From an uncultured Bacteroidales bacterium (GTDB lineage Bacteria; Bacteroidota; Bacteroidia; Bacteroidales; UBA10428): 64,000 bases of DNA. Below the pieces are notes generated by a model. The model was not told the origin of the DNA, made no database searches, and was given only the letters and a program-made list of their open reading frames with translations. Positions 9,529-19,115 of the stretch are shown piece by piece (within the stretch, counting starts at the first letter, position 1; each line of letters opens with the position of its first letter). The position numbers and the translations under genes are program-made. The stretch is taken from contig CAVVIO010000023.1 of assembly GCA_963748095.1 (NCBI GenBank), positions 42,518 to 106,517 on the forward strand, written 5' to 3'.

Positions 9529-9530
9529 TG

Positions 9531-9603
9531 TGACCCCGGCGGGACTCGAACCCACAACCTTCAGAACCGGAATCTGACATTCTATCCATTGAACTACGGG
9601 GCC
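9531..9603 (-). tRNA. tRNA-Arg (anticodon CCG)
   Basis: The 73-nt reverse complement folds as a cloverleaf. Acceptor stem GGCCCCG/CGGGGUC, D-stem GUUC/GAAU, anticodon stem UCAGA/UCUGA with loop UUCCGGU, T-stem GUGGG/CCCGC with loop UUCGAGU, discriminator A. CCA is not encoded. Confidence 0.9.
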
Positions 9604-9700
9604 GGAAACGGCGTAAAATTAATAAAATTTGTTACGTAACTGCCAATAATTTAAAATTCTTACTATTGCAGTTTGAACTTTATTATTAAACAACTTTTTT

Positions 9701-9708
9701 TACTTTTG
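9701..9708 (+). promoter_or_regulatory. Candidate Bacteroidota -7 promoter element upstream of leuS
   Basis: tacttttg matches TAnnTTTG, about 39 nt upstream of the leuS ATG. Confidence 0.3.
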
Positions 9709-9746
9709 TTGTTTCATTAAAGCAAAGCATTTTAACGGGTTAAAGA

Positions 9747-12404
9747 ATGGAATACAATTTCAGGAAAATTGAGAAGAAGTGGCAGAAGTACTGGGAGGAG
9801 AATAAAACCTTTAAAGCTGAGACAGATACCTCGAAACCAAAGTTTTATGCACTCGATATGTTTCCTTATCCGTCGGGAAGCGGTTTACACGTAGGACATC
9901 CCGAAGGATATACGGCAACGGATATTGTCAGCAGATATAAACGTATGAAGGGTTTCAATGTATTACATCCCATGGGATGGGATGCGTTTGGATTACCTGC
10001 CGAACAATATGCTATACAAACCGGGACACATCCATCAATAATTACTAATAAAAATTGTGATAATTTTCGCCGGCAGATAAAATCGCTGGGGTTAGGCTAC
10101 GACTGGGACCGGGAGATTAACACCACCGATCCGAAATATTTCAAATGGACACAGTGGATCTTTACCCGTCTTTACAACACATGGTTCGATAACAACCTTC
10201 AGAAAGGAAGGCCTATCAGTGAATTACCTCTACCCGAAGAAATAAAAGTAAAGGGTGGAGAAGAAGTCAGAAAGTACATCGATAAAAATCGGCTTGCTTA
10301 TTACGATAATGCCCAGGTATGGTGGTGCGATCATTGTAAAATTGTATGTGCCAACGAAGAAGTACTTAATGACGGTACCCATGAGAAATGCGGGAATCCT
10401 GTAGTACGCAAAAACCTGAAGCAATGGATGCTGCGAATACCTTTATATGCAGAAAGATTGCTGAAAGGGTTGGAAGGTCTTGATTGGCCTACAGGAGTAA
10501 AAGACATGCAGAAGAACTGGATAGGCCGTTCGACAGGTGCAGAGGTAGACTTTAAGTTAGATGGATTGGATAAAAAAATAAGGGTATTTACCACCCGTCC
10601 CGACACCTTATTTGGTGCCACCTATATGGTTATTGCCCCTGAACACGAATGGGTCGGTGAAATTTCAACTGATAAAAACAGAAAAAATGTAGAAGCCTAT
10701 ATTAAAGCAGCTTCATTAAAATCAGATCTTGACAGGACGGATTTGGCCAAAGAAAAATCTGGAGTTTTTACCGGGAGATATGCCATTAATCCGGTAAATG
10801 GTAAAAAAATTCCCGTTTGGGTGGCCGATTATGTATTGCTTGGATATGGTACCGGGGCCATAATGGCCGTTCCAGCACATGATACACGTGACTTTGAATT
10901 TGCAGAAAAGTTTGATATTCCAATTGAATGCATACTCGATCCGGGGAAAGCAGCAGGGGATAATCGTGAAAAAATACTTGCCGGTAAGATGTGCTGGATA
11001 GAGGATGGCATTTATATCAATTCATCAGATAAGGAAAGAGGAATTGATATTAACGGTCTGAACAAGGAAAAAGGAATAAAAAATATAATTTTCTGGCTCG
11101 AAAAAGAAGGGTTGGGTACAGCCAAGGTGAATTATAAAATACGCGACTGGTTATTCAGTCGTCAACGTTACTGGGGAGAACCCTTTCCAGTTATACATTG
11201 GGAAGATGGTGAAATAACCATCCTTGACAAAAATGAATTGCCACTTGAACTACCCAAACTGGAAAAATACCAACCCGGAGAAAACGGGGAGTCTCCTTTG
11301 GCAAATGCAAGTGACTGGTTGGTGGTTACAGATAAGAACGGTAGAAAAGGGCGGCGTGAAACCAATACCATGCCACAATGGGCAGGATCGTGCTGGTATT
11401 ATCTTCGTTACATTGATCCTAACAATGAAAAGGAACCTTTTTCCAGCGAAAAAGAAAATTACTGGATGCCGGTTGACTTATATGTAGGAGGCGCGGAACA
11501 TGCTGTATTACATCTTCTGTACAGCCGATTCTGGCATAAAGTATTATTCGATCTGGGCATTGTTTCAACAGACGAACCCTATAAGAAATTATTCAATCAG
11601 GGTATGATACTGGCTTTTGCTTATGAAACTGCTGCCGGAGCAAAAATTCCTACCGACCTTGTTGAAGAAAGAGATGGAAAATATTTTCATAAGGAAACAG
11701 GAGAAGAGCTGAAGCAGATCGTTGCTAAAATGTCAAAGTCACTCAAAAACGTGGTTAACCCGGACGATGTCGTGCAACAAAATGGTGCCGATTCCCTGCG
11801 TTTGTACGAAATGTTCATAGGGCCGCTCGATGCTACCAAACCATGGACAGAAAAAGGGGTAAAAGGAGTGTTCGGTTTCCTGGGAAGAGTATTTAAGTTT
11901 TTTTCCGATCAGGGAAATTTCTTTGAAGGACAGGAGGATCCGCTGACATTAAAGATATTACACCAGACAATTAAAAAAGTGGCAGATGATATTGAAGATT
12001 TAAAATTCAATACGGCGATTTCCCAGATGATGATCTTTACCAACCATTGTATAAAAAAAGGTAAAGTAGCGAAAAATACTGCCGAAACTTTCATGAAAGT
12101 ACTTTCCCCATTTGCCCCGCACCTTTCAGAAGAACTGTGGGAATCATACGGCCATAATAAAAGCATTGGAAGAGAATCATTTCCGGATTACAAACCGGAG
12201 TTTCTTGAAGAAGATACATTTGAATACCCTGTTTCCATAAATGGGAAGTTACGGTTCAAACTTGAATTACCCGTAGATATTTCAAAAGACGAGGTGGAAA
12301 AGATAGTGTTAAATCATTCCAACGCTCAAAAATGGATAGAAGATAAACAAATTGTAAAAATTATCTTTGTACCAAAAAAAATTATCAATATTGTAGTAAA
12401 GTAA
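9747..12404 (+). CDS. leuS: Leucine--tRNA ligase
   Basis: Class I motifs 'HVGHPEGY' and 'KMSKSLKN'. LeuRS-type N-terminus '[12 protein letters not shown]'. Confidence 0.95.
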   Translation: MEYNFRKIEKKWQKYWEENKTFKAETDTSKPKFYALDMFPYPSGSGLHVGHPEGYTATDIVSRYKRMKGFNVLHPMGWDAFGLPAEQYAIQTGTHPSIITNKNCDNFRRQIKSLGLGYDWDREINTTDPKYFKWTQWIFTRLYNTWFDNNLQKGRPISELPLPEEIKVKGGEEVRKYIDKNRLAYYDNAQVWWCDHCKIVCANEEVLNDGTHEKCGNPVVRKNLKQWMLRIPLYAERLLKGLEGLDWPTGVKDMQKNWIGRSTGAEVDFKLDGLDKKIRVFTTRPDTLFGATYMVIAPEHEWVGEISTDKNRKNVEAYIKAASLKSDLDRTDLAKEKSGVFTGRYAINPVNGKKIPVWVADYVLLGYGTGAIMAVPAHDTRDFEFAEKFDIPIECILDPGKAAGDNREKILAGKMCWIEDGIYINSSDKERGIDINGLNKEKGIKNIIFWLEKEGLGTAKVNYKIRDWLFSRQRYWGEPFPVIHWEDGEITILDKNELPLELPKLEKYQPGENGESPLANASDWLVVTDKNGRKGRRETNTMPQWAGSCWYYLRYIDPNNEKEPFSSEKENYWMPVDLYVGGAEHAVLHLLYSRFWHKVLFDLGIVSTDEPYKKLFNQGMILAFAYETAAGAKIPTDLVEERDGKYFHKETGEELKQIVAKMSKSLKNVVNPDDVVQQNGADSLRLYEMFIGPLDATKPWTEKGVKGVFGFLGRVFKFFSDQGNFFEGQEDPLTLKILHQTIKKVADDIEDLKFNTAISQMMIFTNHCIKKGKVAKNTAETFMKVLSPFAPHLSEELWESYGHNKSIGRESFPDYKPEFLEEDTFEYPVSINGKLRFKLELPVDISKDEVEKIVLNHSNAQKWIEDKQIVKIIFVPKKIINIVVK

Positions 12405-12408
12405 AATC

Positions 12409-13671
12409 ATGAAAACACGGACGATTCTGTTTATAATACTTGCATTGATTGTAGGTGGACTGATTATTTATACTTATTTCCCCGATATTGTAAAACCTTC
12501 AAACAAAGAAATTCTGATACAGGCAGAAAAAGATTCGGTAACAGTGGAACCTGTCGAAAAACTATTTGGTATTCCTGTTGATTCATTTGATATTGATACC
12601 GGAAAAATTGCCAGGCGCCAGAATCTTTCCGGATTATTACAAAAATTTAATTTACCTGAGGGAACTTACCAACAAGCAATTGTAAGCCTGAATACCAATA
12701 AAATTTTCAATTCCAGAAAGGTGAAAGCAGGGAATGAGTATGTTGTTTTTTTTACAAAGGACACACTGCACCTCCTACAATATCTTGTATACGAGGATAC
12801 ACCCGTGAATTATTATATACTTGATTTTACTGATAGTGTGAAAATTTCTGCCGGAGTAAAGAAAGTACACTTAGTAGAAAAGAAATTTGCCGGTAAGATT
12901 AAGACATCGCTCTGGGATGCTATAACCAGCAAAAATGCTGACCCAATGCTTGCCATAGATCTCTCGGAAATATATGCGTGGACAATTGATTTTTTCGATC
13001 TTCAGCCGGATGACAGTTTTTCGGTGATATATAATGTGAACTATATTGACACCAATTCCATAGGAATAAGCAATATCACAACTGCTTTTTTCAGACATTC
13101 CGGACAGGATTTTTATGCCATTCCTTTTATTCAGGATAGTACAAAAAGTTATTTCGACAGTGTTGGCAACAGTTTACGAAAAGCATTTCTTAAGGCACCA
13201 CTCCGGTTTTCAAGGATAAGCTCCCGTTTCTCGTACAGCCGATTTCATCCGATATTGAAAATCCGCCGTCCGCATTTAGGAGTGGATTATGCAGCTCCGG
13301 TTGGAACGCCGGTTCATGCCATCGGCGATGGAAAGATAATCGGGGTCAGTCATACCCGTGGGGCGGGAAATATGGTAAAAATAAGGCATAACAGCATTTA
13401 TACTACTTCTTACATGCATTTGTCGCATTTCGGAAAGGGTATAAGAACCGGGGCTTATGTAAAGCAGGGGGATATTATCGGCTATGTAGGCAGTACAGGA
13501 TTATCCACCGGACCGCATCTCGATTTCAGATTTTATAAAAACGGAAAACCTATTGATCCACTTAAAGTCGAAGCTCCCCCGGTAGAACCTGTTTATGAAG
13601 CAAACAGAGCTGCTTTCGATTCAGTGAGGACATTGATGATCAGCCGGCTCGACAGTTTGAAATTCCAATAA
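12409..13671 (+). CDS. M23-family metallopeptidase with N-terminal membrane anchor
   Basis: 'HLGVDYAAPVGTPVHAIGDG' and 'GSTGLSTGPHLDFRF' are LytM/M23 motifs. N-terminal TM helix. Confidence 0.85.
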   Translation: MKTRTILFIILALIVGGLIIYTYFPDIVKPSNKEILIQAEKDSVTVEPVEKLFGIPVDSFDIDTGKIARRQNLSGLLQKFNLPEGTYQQAIVSLNTNKIFNSRKVKAGNEYVVFFTKDTLHLLQYLVYEDTPVNYYILDFTDSVKISAGVKKVHLVEKKFAGKIKTSLWDAITSKNADPMLAIDLSEIYAWTIDFFDLQPDDSFSVIYNVNYIDTNSIGISNITTAFFRHSGQDFYAIPFIQDSTKSYFDSVGNSLRKAFLKAPLRFSRISSRFSYSRFHPILKIRRPHLGVDYAAPVGTPVHAIGDGKIIGVSHTRGAGNMVKIRHNSIYTTSYMHLSHFGKGIRTGAYVKQGDIIGYVGSTGLSTGPHLDFRFYKNGKPIDPLKVEAPPVEPVYEANRAAFDSVRTLMISRLDSLKFQ

Positions 13672-13702
13672 TTTTAAAATAGTTTTACATTAAAATTTCA
13701 GG

Positions 13703-14596
13703 CTAATCCATAAAATGACCACCGGGATAGGTATATCGTTTTACCCTGTAAGTGTTATTGTATTTATCCCAGATTACATTTCCAGTTCCTGATTTTTTCA
13801 CAAATTCAAGTGTCTTTTTATATTCAGGTGTTCCTTTTCTAAGCCATGCTGGAAGTTCTTTATCATCTTTTAAATTAAATTTTTCACGGGTTGAATCAAT
13901 GAGTTCTTCCAGTTCTTCCATGGGAGTTTTGATGCCAAAAAATTCCTTGGTTCTTATAGCAACTGTAACGGATAACGTCATTTCTTTCAACGATTTGGAA
14001 ATTGCCTGCCCGACAAGATCCATTTTGGCTAACCGTTCGATCCTTTCTTTATATTTTTCCTGTTCATCCTTTGTAAAGATAAGGTCGAACATCTCTCCGT
14101 TGTATACCAGGCTTATGATTATAATATCGCGAAAATCGGGAATTTCATCACTGAATATTATCTGCCGTATCCGTTGACGCACTTCGATAATTTCCGTATT
14201 ATCAATAATTGGGTATTTTCTTGTATGAAAGAACCATAGTACTTGTTGATTTTCTATTTTTAAGACACTTTTTCTTATTAGCGAAGTAATAAGGGCATCT
14301 TTTATAATATCGGCTTTGTTACGGATTTCTTTTAACCAATACGAGATTTTATGCTTTTCCCTGCTGTAATTGATATCGTTCAACACCACATCGAGAATAT
14401 AATCATTTGTTAGTTCAGGATTGTCAGGTATTACATTATCCAGATCGGTATCGATCCTGCGATGAAGAGCGAGATCCATCAGGATGGCTCCGGCAAGTAC
14501 CACATCCCATCTTCTGTCAACAAATGACAGTTGTTCTCCTTCTTCATCAAGTGTGAGCAGGTAAATTTCTTCCGGTATTGTTAAAAAGTGTTTCAT
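13703..14596 (-). CDS. GPP34/GOLPH3-family protein with a C-terminal extension of about 75 aa
   Basis: 'IPEEIYLLTLDEEGE...DVVLAGAILMDLALHRRI' and later 'RKYPIIDNTEIIEVRQRIRQ', 'DFRDIIIISLV' follow the GPP34 family pattern. It is the last gene of the partner-switching operon. Confidence 0.65.
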   Translation of the reverse strand: MKHFLTIPEEIYLLTLDEEGEQLSFVDRRWDVVLAGAILMDLALHRRIDTDLDNVIPDNPELTNDYILDVVLNDINYSREKHKISYWLKEIRNKADIIKDALITSLIRKSVLKIENQQVLWFFHTRKYPIIDNTEIIEVRQRIRQIIFSDEIPDFRDIIIISLVYNGEMFDLIFTKDEQEKYKERIERLAKMDLVGQAISKSLKEMTLSVTVAIRTKEFFGIKTPMEELEELIDSTREKFNLKDDKELPAWLRKGTPEYKKTLEFVKKSGTGNVIWDKYNNTYRVKRYTYPGGHFMD

Positions 14597-14621
14597 AACA
14601 GATATTGTAACTTTTTATGGA

Positions 14622-14951
14622 TTAAAAAAATCGAATAGCTTCTTCGGCAGTGTTATAAATATCGAAAAAAGAAGCAAAACCAGCTATATCAAATATTTGT
14701 TTGGTATCTTCAGTTAATCCGGATAATCTTAATTGTCCGTCATTATTTTTCAAGTGCTTCAAGGCCATAAGAAAAACCCTCATGCCTGCACTGCTGATAT
14801 AATTCATTTCACGGCAATCGATAATGATCTTTTTTTCCTTTTCCATCAGATTGATCATACGATCTTCCAGTTCCCTGTAGTTGGTCGTATCGAGCCGGCC
14901 ATGAATTTCCAGGAGCATTACATCATCCTGTTTCTTTTCAACTATATTCAT
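14622..14951 (-). CDS. STAS-domain anti-sigma-factor antagonist (RsbV/SpoIIAA-like)
   Basis: About 110 aa, with 'LLEIHGRLDTTN' and 'MNYISSAGMRVFL' (conserved Ser context). Confidence 0.85.
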   Translation of the reverse strand: MNIVEKKQDDVMLLEIHGRLDTTNYRELEDRMINLMEKEKKIIIDCREMNYISSAGMRVFLMALKHLKNNDGQLRLSGLTEDTKQIFDIAGFASFFDIYNTAEEAIRFF

Positions 14952-14967
14952 ATGAATAGATTTGGTG

Positions 14968-15384
14968 TTAATGAATAGATTTTTTTAAAATTAATATATT
15001 TTTATCATTTTTTCGCTGGTAGTAGATTTCATTCATTACTGATTTTACAATATGAATTCCTATACCCCCCAGATCCCTTTCTTCAAATGGCTTATTTAAT
15101 TTGTTGTTTGTATCTGCGATAAGAGGATTAAAAGCCTTTCCCGGATCAGAAAATTCAATGGTTAATATATTTTTGTCATAAGAAAATAAAATATCAATAA
15201 AATAGTCCTGATCATCTTCGAATGCATAGTTAACAATATTTGAGAAAATCTCTTCCACCGAAAGTAATATTTTATACTGGTGTTGTTGTGGTATCTTCCA
15301 CAACAGGAATAGATTTTCAATTTCTTCGTTCAAATTGAACAATTCCTCAATACTGTTTACTATTTTAACTTGTTTCTTTGTCAT
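14968..15384 (-). CDS. RsbW/SpoIIAB-like serine kinase (HATPase_c_2)
   Basis: N-box-like 'EEIFSNIVNYAF', 'DPGKAFNP' and 'LGGIGIHIV'. About 138 aa. The 5' end overlaps the upstream phosphatase gene by 20 nt. Confidence 0.8.
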   Translation of the reverse strand: MTKKQVKIVNSIEELFNLNEEIENLFLLWKIPQQHQYKILLSVEEIFSNIVNYAFEDDQDYFIDILFSYDKNILTIEFSDPGKAFNPLIADTNNKLNKPFEERDLGGIGIHIVKSVMNEIYYQRKNDKNILILKKSIH

Positions 15385-17296
15385 ATAAACCGCCTGTAAA
15401 TCGTAACATTAAAAATGTAATATCATCTGATTGTTTGGCTTCCTGAACAAAATCTTCCAGGTTAATTTTCAATATATGAACAATTTCATTAAGTTTTAAA
15501 TGATTTTTATTTTTTATAGCCTTTAGCAGGCGTGTCTGGGTGAATTGCTCTTCATTCAGATTTCGTGCTTCGGTAACCCCGTCGGTATATAATAATAACG
15601 TATCATTTTTTTTCAGAAAGACTTTTTCTATCTGATAAATAGTGTCCGTCTTAATTCCAAAAGGCATATTTTTTGGCAACTTGTGAAATTCGAATGATTT
15701 TCCTCCGGTTGAAAATACGGGAGGATTATGACCCGCATCGGATATGTTCAATTCACCGGTAATTATATCAAGTGTGCCGCAAATTGCTGTAACGAACATT
15801 GATTCTTCGTTGTTCAGAGCCAGGTGATTATTAATATTGAACATGATCTGGTCAAGAGGAATTTCCGTTAAGGCTTCTATTTTTAACAGAGTAATTGCAC
15901 GAACCATGAACAGGGAAGCGGGCACCCCTTTACCCGAAACATCACCTATTATAAAAAACAACCGTTCTTTATCGAGGAAATAGTAATCGTAAAAATCTCC
16001 GGCCACTCCATTGGCTGCAGTCAGATTGGAGTATAGTTCAAACTCCTTGTGATCGGGGAAAGGCGGATTTTCATGAGGCAGCATGTTAGCCTGTATATGA
16101 TTGGCAATTTTCAATTCGTTATCCAAGCTGCGTTTATCTTCAAGTGTTTCCTTGAAATTCTTTATATATCTTTTCATGCGTATCTGCATGGCCTGAAAAG
16201 ATTTGGTAATCTGTGCCACTTCGTCTGTTGAGTGGGTAACCGGGAGAGGTGCATTATAATTACCTTTACGGATCAGCCGGCTGGCAGTTGAAAGTTCCAC
16301 TAACGGGCGGGTTATTTTTCTTGATATCATCATAATGATAAACCAGATAATGGTAAATCCTAATAATCCGGAAAACAGGGTAATAAAAAAGATGGTACGT
16401 AATTCTCTTATTGATTGTCTGATTGGAAAAGCTCTGGCCAGATACCACTGATTATTAAATACAGGTGCTATATAAATGCCTTCTTTTTTATTGTATGAGG
16501 TTGGCGGAAAATATTTTTCGTTAGCGGTAATTGCCGGTTTACAATTTATCGTGAGTTTTGGTTTCAGTGAATCCGTTAAATGAAAAACTGCCCGATCGAT
16601 TATTGCATTGCTGTCCGGACTGACCAGTAAATTCCCTTTATCCGAAAGGATAAAACTATATCCTGATGATTGACTTTTTTGCCGTTTTATCAATTTATAA
16701 AGCCAGTCGAGTTCTATGTCTACAGAGACGACACCATTGAAGGTTTTGTGACCATTGTCTATTTTATAAATTGGAACAATATAGGTGCAGGTAATTATTT
16801 TTTTTACTGCATCGGGATGAGGCTCTGTTAAAAACGGTTTCCCGGTTTCCCGGCTTGAATTATACCATTTCTGATGAAAGTAATCTGAATTGCCGGCAAA
16901 TACAAATTTATTCCTGCTGTTCCCATTGAAATATATGTATGAGGAATAAAATAATGAATCTTTGGAATTGGAGTAAGGTTCATAATAAACGCCGCATCCG
17001 GTAATATGAACATTACTGTTCATAAGTGTTTGCTGAATTTTTTGCAGTTCGGATAAATTACAGTTGGATTTTATTAATAAAGCCGAATTTTCCGTAGCAA
17101 TAAAAACTGGTTTGAGTACAGAACGTATCTGCCAGACTGTATTTTCGACATCGAGTCGGATATTACTTTTTGTTTGTTCAAGTAAAACTCTTTTTGATAC
17201 CTGGTAGTAATAAAAGGAAACCACCAAATAAATAACAGACACTCCAGCGAGTAATGAAAAAGTTAACCTGTATGATATTCTGTTCAGTTTTGTCAT
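15365..17296 (-). CDS. Membrane sensor PP2C/SpoIIE phosphatase (extracytoplasmic Cache-like domain, HAMP, PP2C), RsbU-like
   Basis: Two TM helices flank a domain of about 270 aa. HAMP region 'RKITRPLVELSTASRLIRKG...EVAQITKSFQAM'. PP2C motifs 'GDVSGKGVPASLFM' and 'LLLYTDGVTEA'. Confidence 0.85.
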   Translation of the reverse strand: MTKLNRISYRLTFSLLAGVSVIYLVVSFYYYQVSKRVLLEQTKSNIRLDVENTVWQIRSVLKPVFIATENSALLIKSNCNLSELQKIQQTLMNSNVHITGCGVYYEPYSNSKDSLFYSSYIYFNGNSRNKFVFAGNSDYFHQKWYNSSRETGKPFLTEPHPDAVKKIITCTYIVPIYKIDNGHKTFNGVVSVDIELDWLYKLIKRQKSQSSGYSFILSDKGNLLVSPDSNAIIDRAVFHLTDSLKPKLTINCKPAITANEKYFPPTSYNKKEGIYIAPVFNNQWYLARAFPIRQSIRELRTIFFITLFSGLLGFTIIWFIIMMISRKITRPLVELSTASRLIRKGNYNAPLPVTHSTDEVAQITKSFQAMQIRMKRYIKNFKETLEDKRSLDNELKIANHIQANMLPHENPPFPDHKEFELYSNLTAANGVAGDFYDYYFLDKERLFFIIGDVSGKGVPASLFMVRAITLLKIEALTEIPLDQIMFNINNHLALNNEESMFVTAICGTLDIITGELNISDAGHNPPVFSTGGKSFEFHKLPKNMPFGIKTDTIYQIEKVFLKKNDTLLLYTDGVTEARNLNEEQFTQTRLLKAIKNKNHLKLNEIVHILKINLEDFVQEAKQSDDITFLMLRFTGGLYDKETS

Positions 17297-17562
17297 TTTA
17301 TCAGAATCATACCTTAAATATACTAATTATGAATACGAATTTCAATGCAATCATAATATATTACCTTATGATATTAAACCGTTAAAAGTCCAACTGATTA
17401 CCGGATAAAATTTGATTTTGTTAAAATCCTAATAATAAGATTATTGTTAATTAACAGATGACTTTTTATTCGGATTTTCGTCATAATTATAATAATAATG
17501 TATAGTTTTAACTTTTAATCCCAGTTTATTTACCAGAGTGTTTTAATATTAATGTTATACTT

Positions 17563-18192
17563 ATGTCGATCGAAAAAGTTAATGTAGCCAGTAGAAATTT
17601 TCAGGATCTGACTACCATGTTGATAAACTGGCTGGTTGGAATCGGTTGTCTGGGTTTCTACAACAAATTAAATCAACTGGATCATATTTCATTGCAAAAG
17701 TGGGATTGGGCTGTGTTTTTTCTTTTACTCGGAATATCTTTCTTTTCAGGAGGGATAGCTCATTATATATCAGAGAAATGGGATACTTTATTTCATATGG
17801 TAACCTGGGTAATTACAAATACTGCCATTCTTTTTGCCGAATTGGGCTCGATTATTATCGTTAAGTCAGTATTCCTGAAGAATTTTTTTATTGTAAGCGT
17901 AATTATTCAGTTTCTTTTAGTGACCTATCTGGTTTTCAGGCAGAAGAAATTTTCCATTGTTTTGATCAATTCATTGATAGGTTTTCTTTTTCTTTCTTTT
18001 TCCATACATTTTTCTTATTACCTGCATAGTGGATTCGCCGCTAACGGGCTAATAGCAGGAGGGATTATTTTATTGGTGGTTCCTTTTGGTATTTTTCTGA
18101 AAAAAGTCTCTTTTGTCAGGTGGCTTAATTACGTCGATTTTAGTCACTTGCTAATGCTTGGATGTCTGTACCTCATATATCTGGGATGCTAA
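17563..18192 (+). CDS. Polytopic membrane protein, function unknown
   Basis: 209-aa ORF with about 6-7 hydrophobic helices. Divergent from the partner-switching operon. No motif recognised. Confidence 0.5.
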   Translation: MSIEKVNVASRNFQDLTTMLINWLVGIGCLGFYNKLNQLDHISLQKWDWAVFFLLLGISFFSGGIAHYISEKWDTLFHMVTWVITNTAILFAELGSIIIVKSVFLKNFFIVSVIIQFLLVTYLVFRQKKFSIVLINSLIGFLFLSFSIHFSYYLHSGFAANGLIAGGIILLVVPFGIFLKKVSFVRWLNYVDFSHLLMLGCLYLIYLGC

Positions 18193-18364
18193 TGCTGGTA
18201 AATTAAATTTCAATCAGCTTTAAAATTTCCTTTTGATAAAATACACTTATATTATTTTGTGACCTTGGGTCAATTATTAATGGAATGTTGGAATATTGGA
18301 GTAGCCGGTAAATATTCAAGTCCACCATCACATTTCCATAATCTTCAGCCTTAGATCGAATAAT

Positions 18365-18940
18365 TTATAATGCCGATACCAGTTGTTCAATTATCTTCGG
18401 GTAATGTTTATACTCCAGCTTATGAATTTTTGATGCAAGCGTTTCAGGCGTGTCTGTAGGATCAATTGTACATTTTGCCTGGAAGATTATATTTCCTTCA
18501 TCGTAACGTTCATTAACATAATGGATAGTAATACCCGATTCTTTTTCTCCGTTTGCAATTACAGCTTCATGTACTTTCATTCCATACATTCCTTTTCCCC
18601 CGTAATCTGGCAACAATGCAGGATGAATATTTATAATCCTATTAGGGTACTGCCGGATTAAATTATTAGGCACCAACCATAAAAATCCTGCCAGTACCAA
18701 GAAATTGACTTCACTCCTCTTCAAATATTCCACTACCCGGTTCGAATTATAAAATTCCTCACGGGTGAATGTAAAATACCTGATATTGAACTCCTTCGCT
18801 CTTTCCAACACATACGCATCTTTCCGGTTCGAAAGAATGCATTCAATATTAATAAATGTATTTTTTTTGAAATATTCAATAATGTTTTGGACATTTGTAC
18901 CCGAACCCGAGGCAAAAAGGGCTAAATTATTCATCATCAA
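18365..18940 (-). CDS. purN: Phosphoribosylglycinamide formyltransferase
   Basis: 'ALFASGSGTN', 'LAGFLWLVP' and 'IINIHPALLPDYGG' are PurN motifs. Confidence 0.9.
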   Translation of the reverse strand: MMMNNLALFASGSGTNVQNIIEYFKKNTFINIECILSNRKDAYVLERAKEFNIRYFTFTREEFYNSNRVVEYLKRSEVNFLVLAGFLWLVPNNLIRQYPNRIINIHPALLPDYGGKGMYGMKVHEAVIANGEKESGITIHYVNERYDEGNIIFQAKCTIDPTDTPETLASKIHKLEYKHYPKIIEQLVSAL

Positions 18941-19115
18941 AAAAATGAGGTATTATATTAAGAAAAAAATGTTTAATTTTAATCAAAGAAAAGTATAAAA
19001 AAGTTTATATTTAGCATAAAGAAATAAAAATTTTTATTTGATTTTATTTTAGAATTGCATTTCTTTGCACAGTTATTTTTTTAACCATTTTATTTATTCA
19101 TTAAAACTTTTAATT

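Larger units (their letters stand above)
7651..9530. repeat. Tandem array, 4 units of about 443-450 bp (gene plus hairpin spacer), with a two-unit higher-order period of about 893-897 bp
   Basis: Gene stop codons recur at 7739, 8182, 8632 and 9079. Five near-identical spacers (7651-7740, 8097-8183, 8540-8633, 8987-9080, 9436-9528) bracket the four gene copies. Confidence 0.95.

Noticed and set aside
7651-9530. Could the regularly spaced repeats be a CRISPR array?
   Set aside because: The repeat unit is about 447 bp and protein-coding. There are no 25-40 nt repeats separated by unique spacers, and no cas genes in the window.
7651-9530. Integron-like cassette array (ORF plus attC-like hairpin, repeated)
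   Set aside because: There is no intI integrase or attI. The hairpin boundaries lack RYYYAAC/GTTRRRY core sites. All the 'cassettes' are the same gene, which points to tandem duplication rather than site-specific capture.
9445-9639. Listed 64-aa ORF on the plus strand
   Set aside because: It runs antisense through the array spacer and tRNA-Arg. It is explained entirely by those features.
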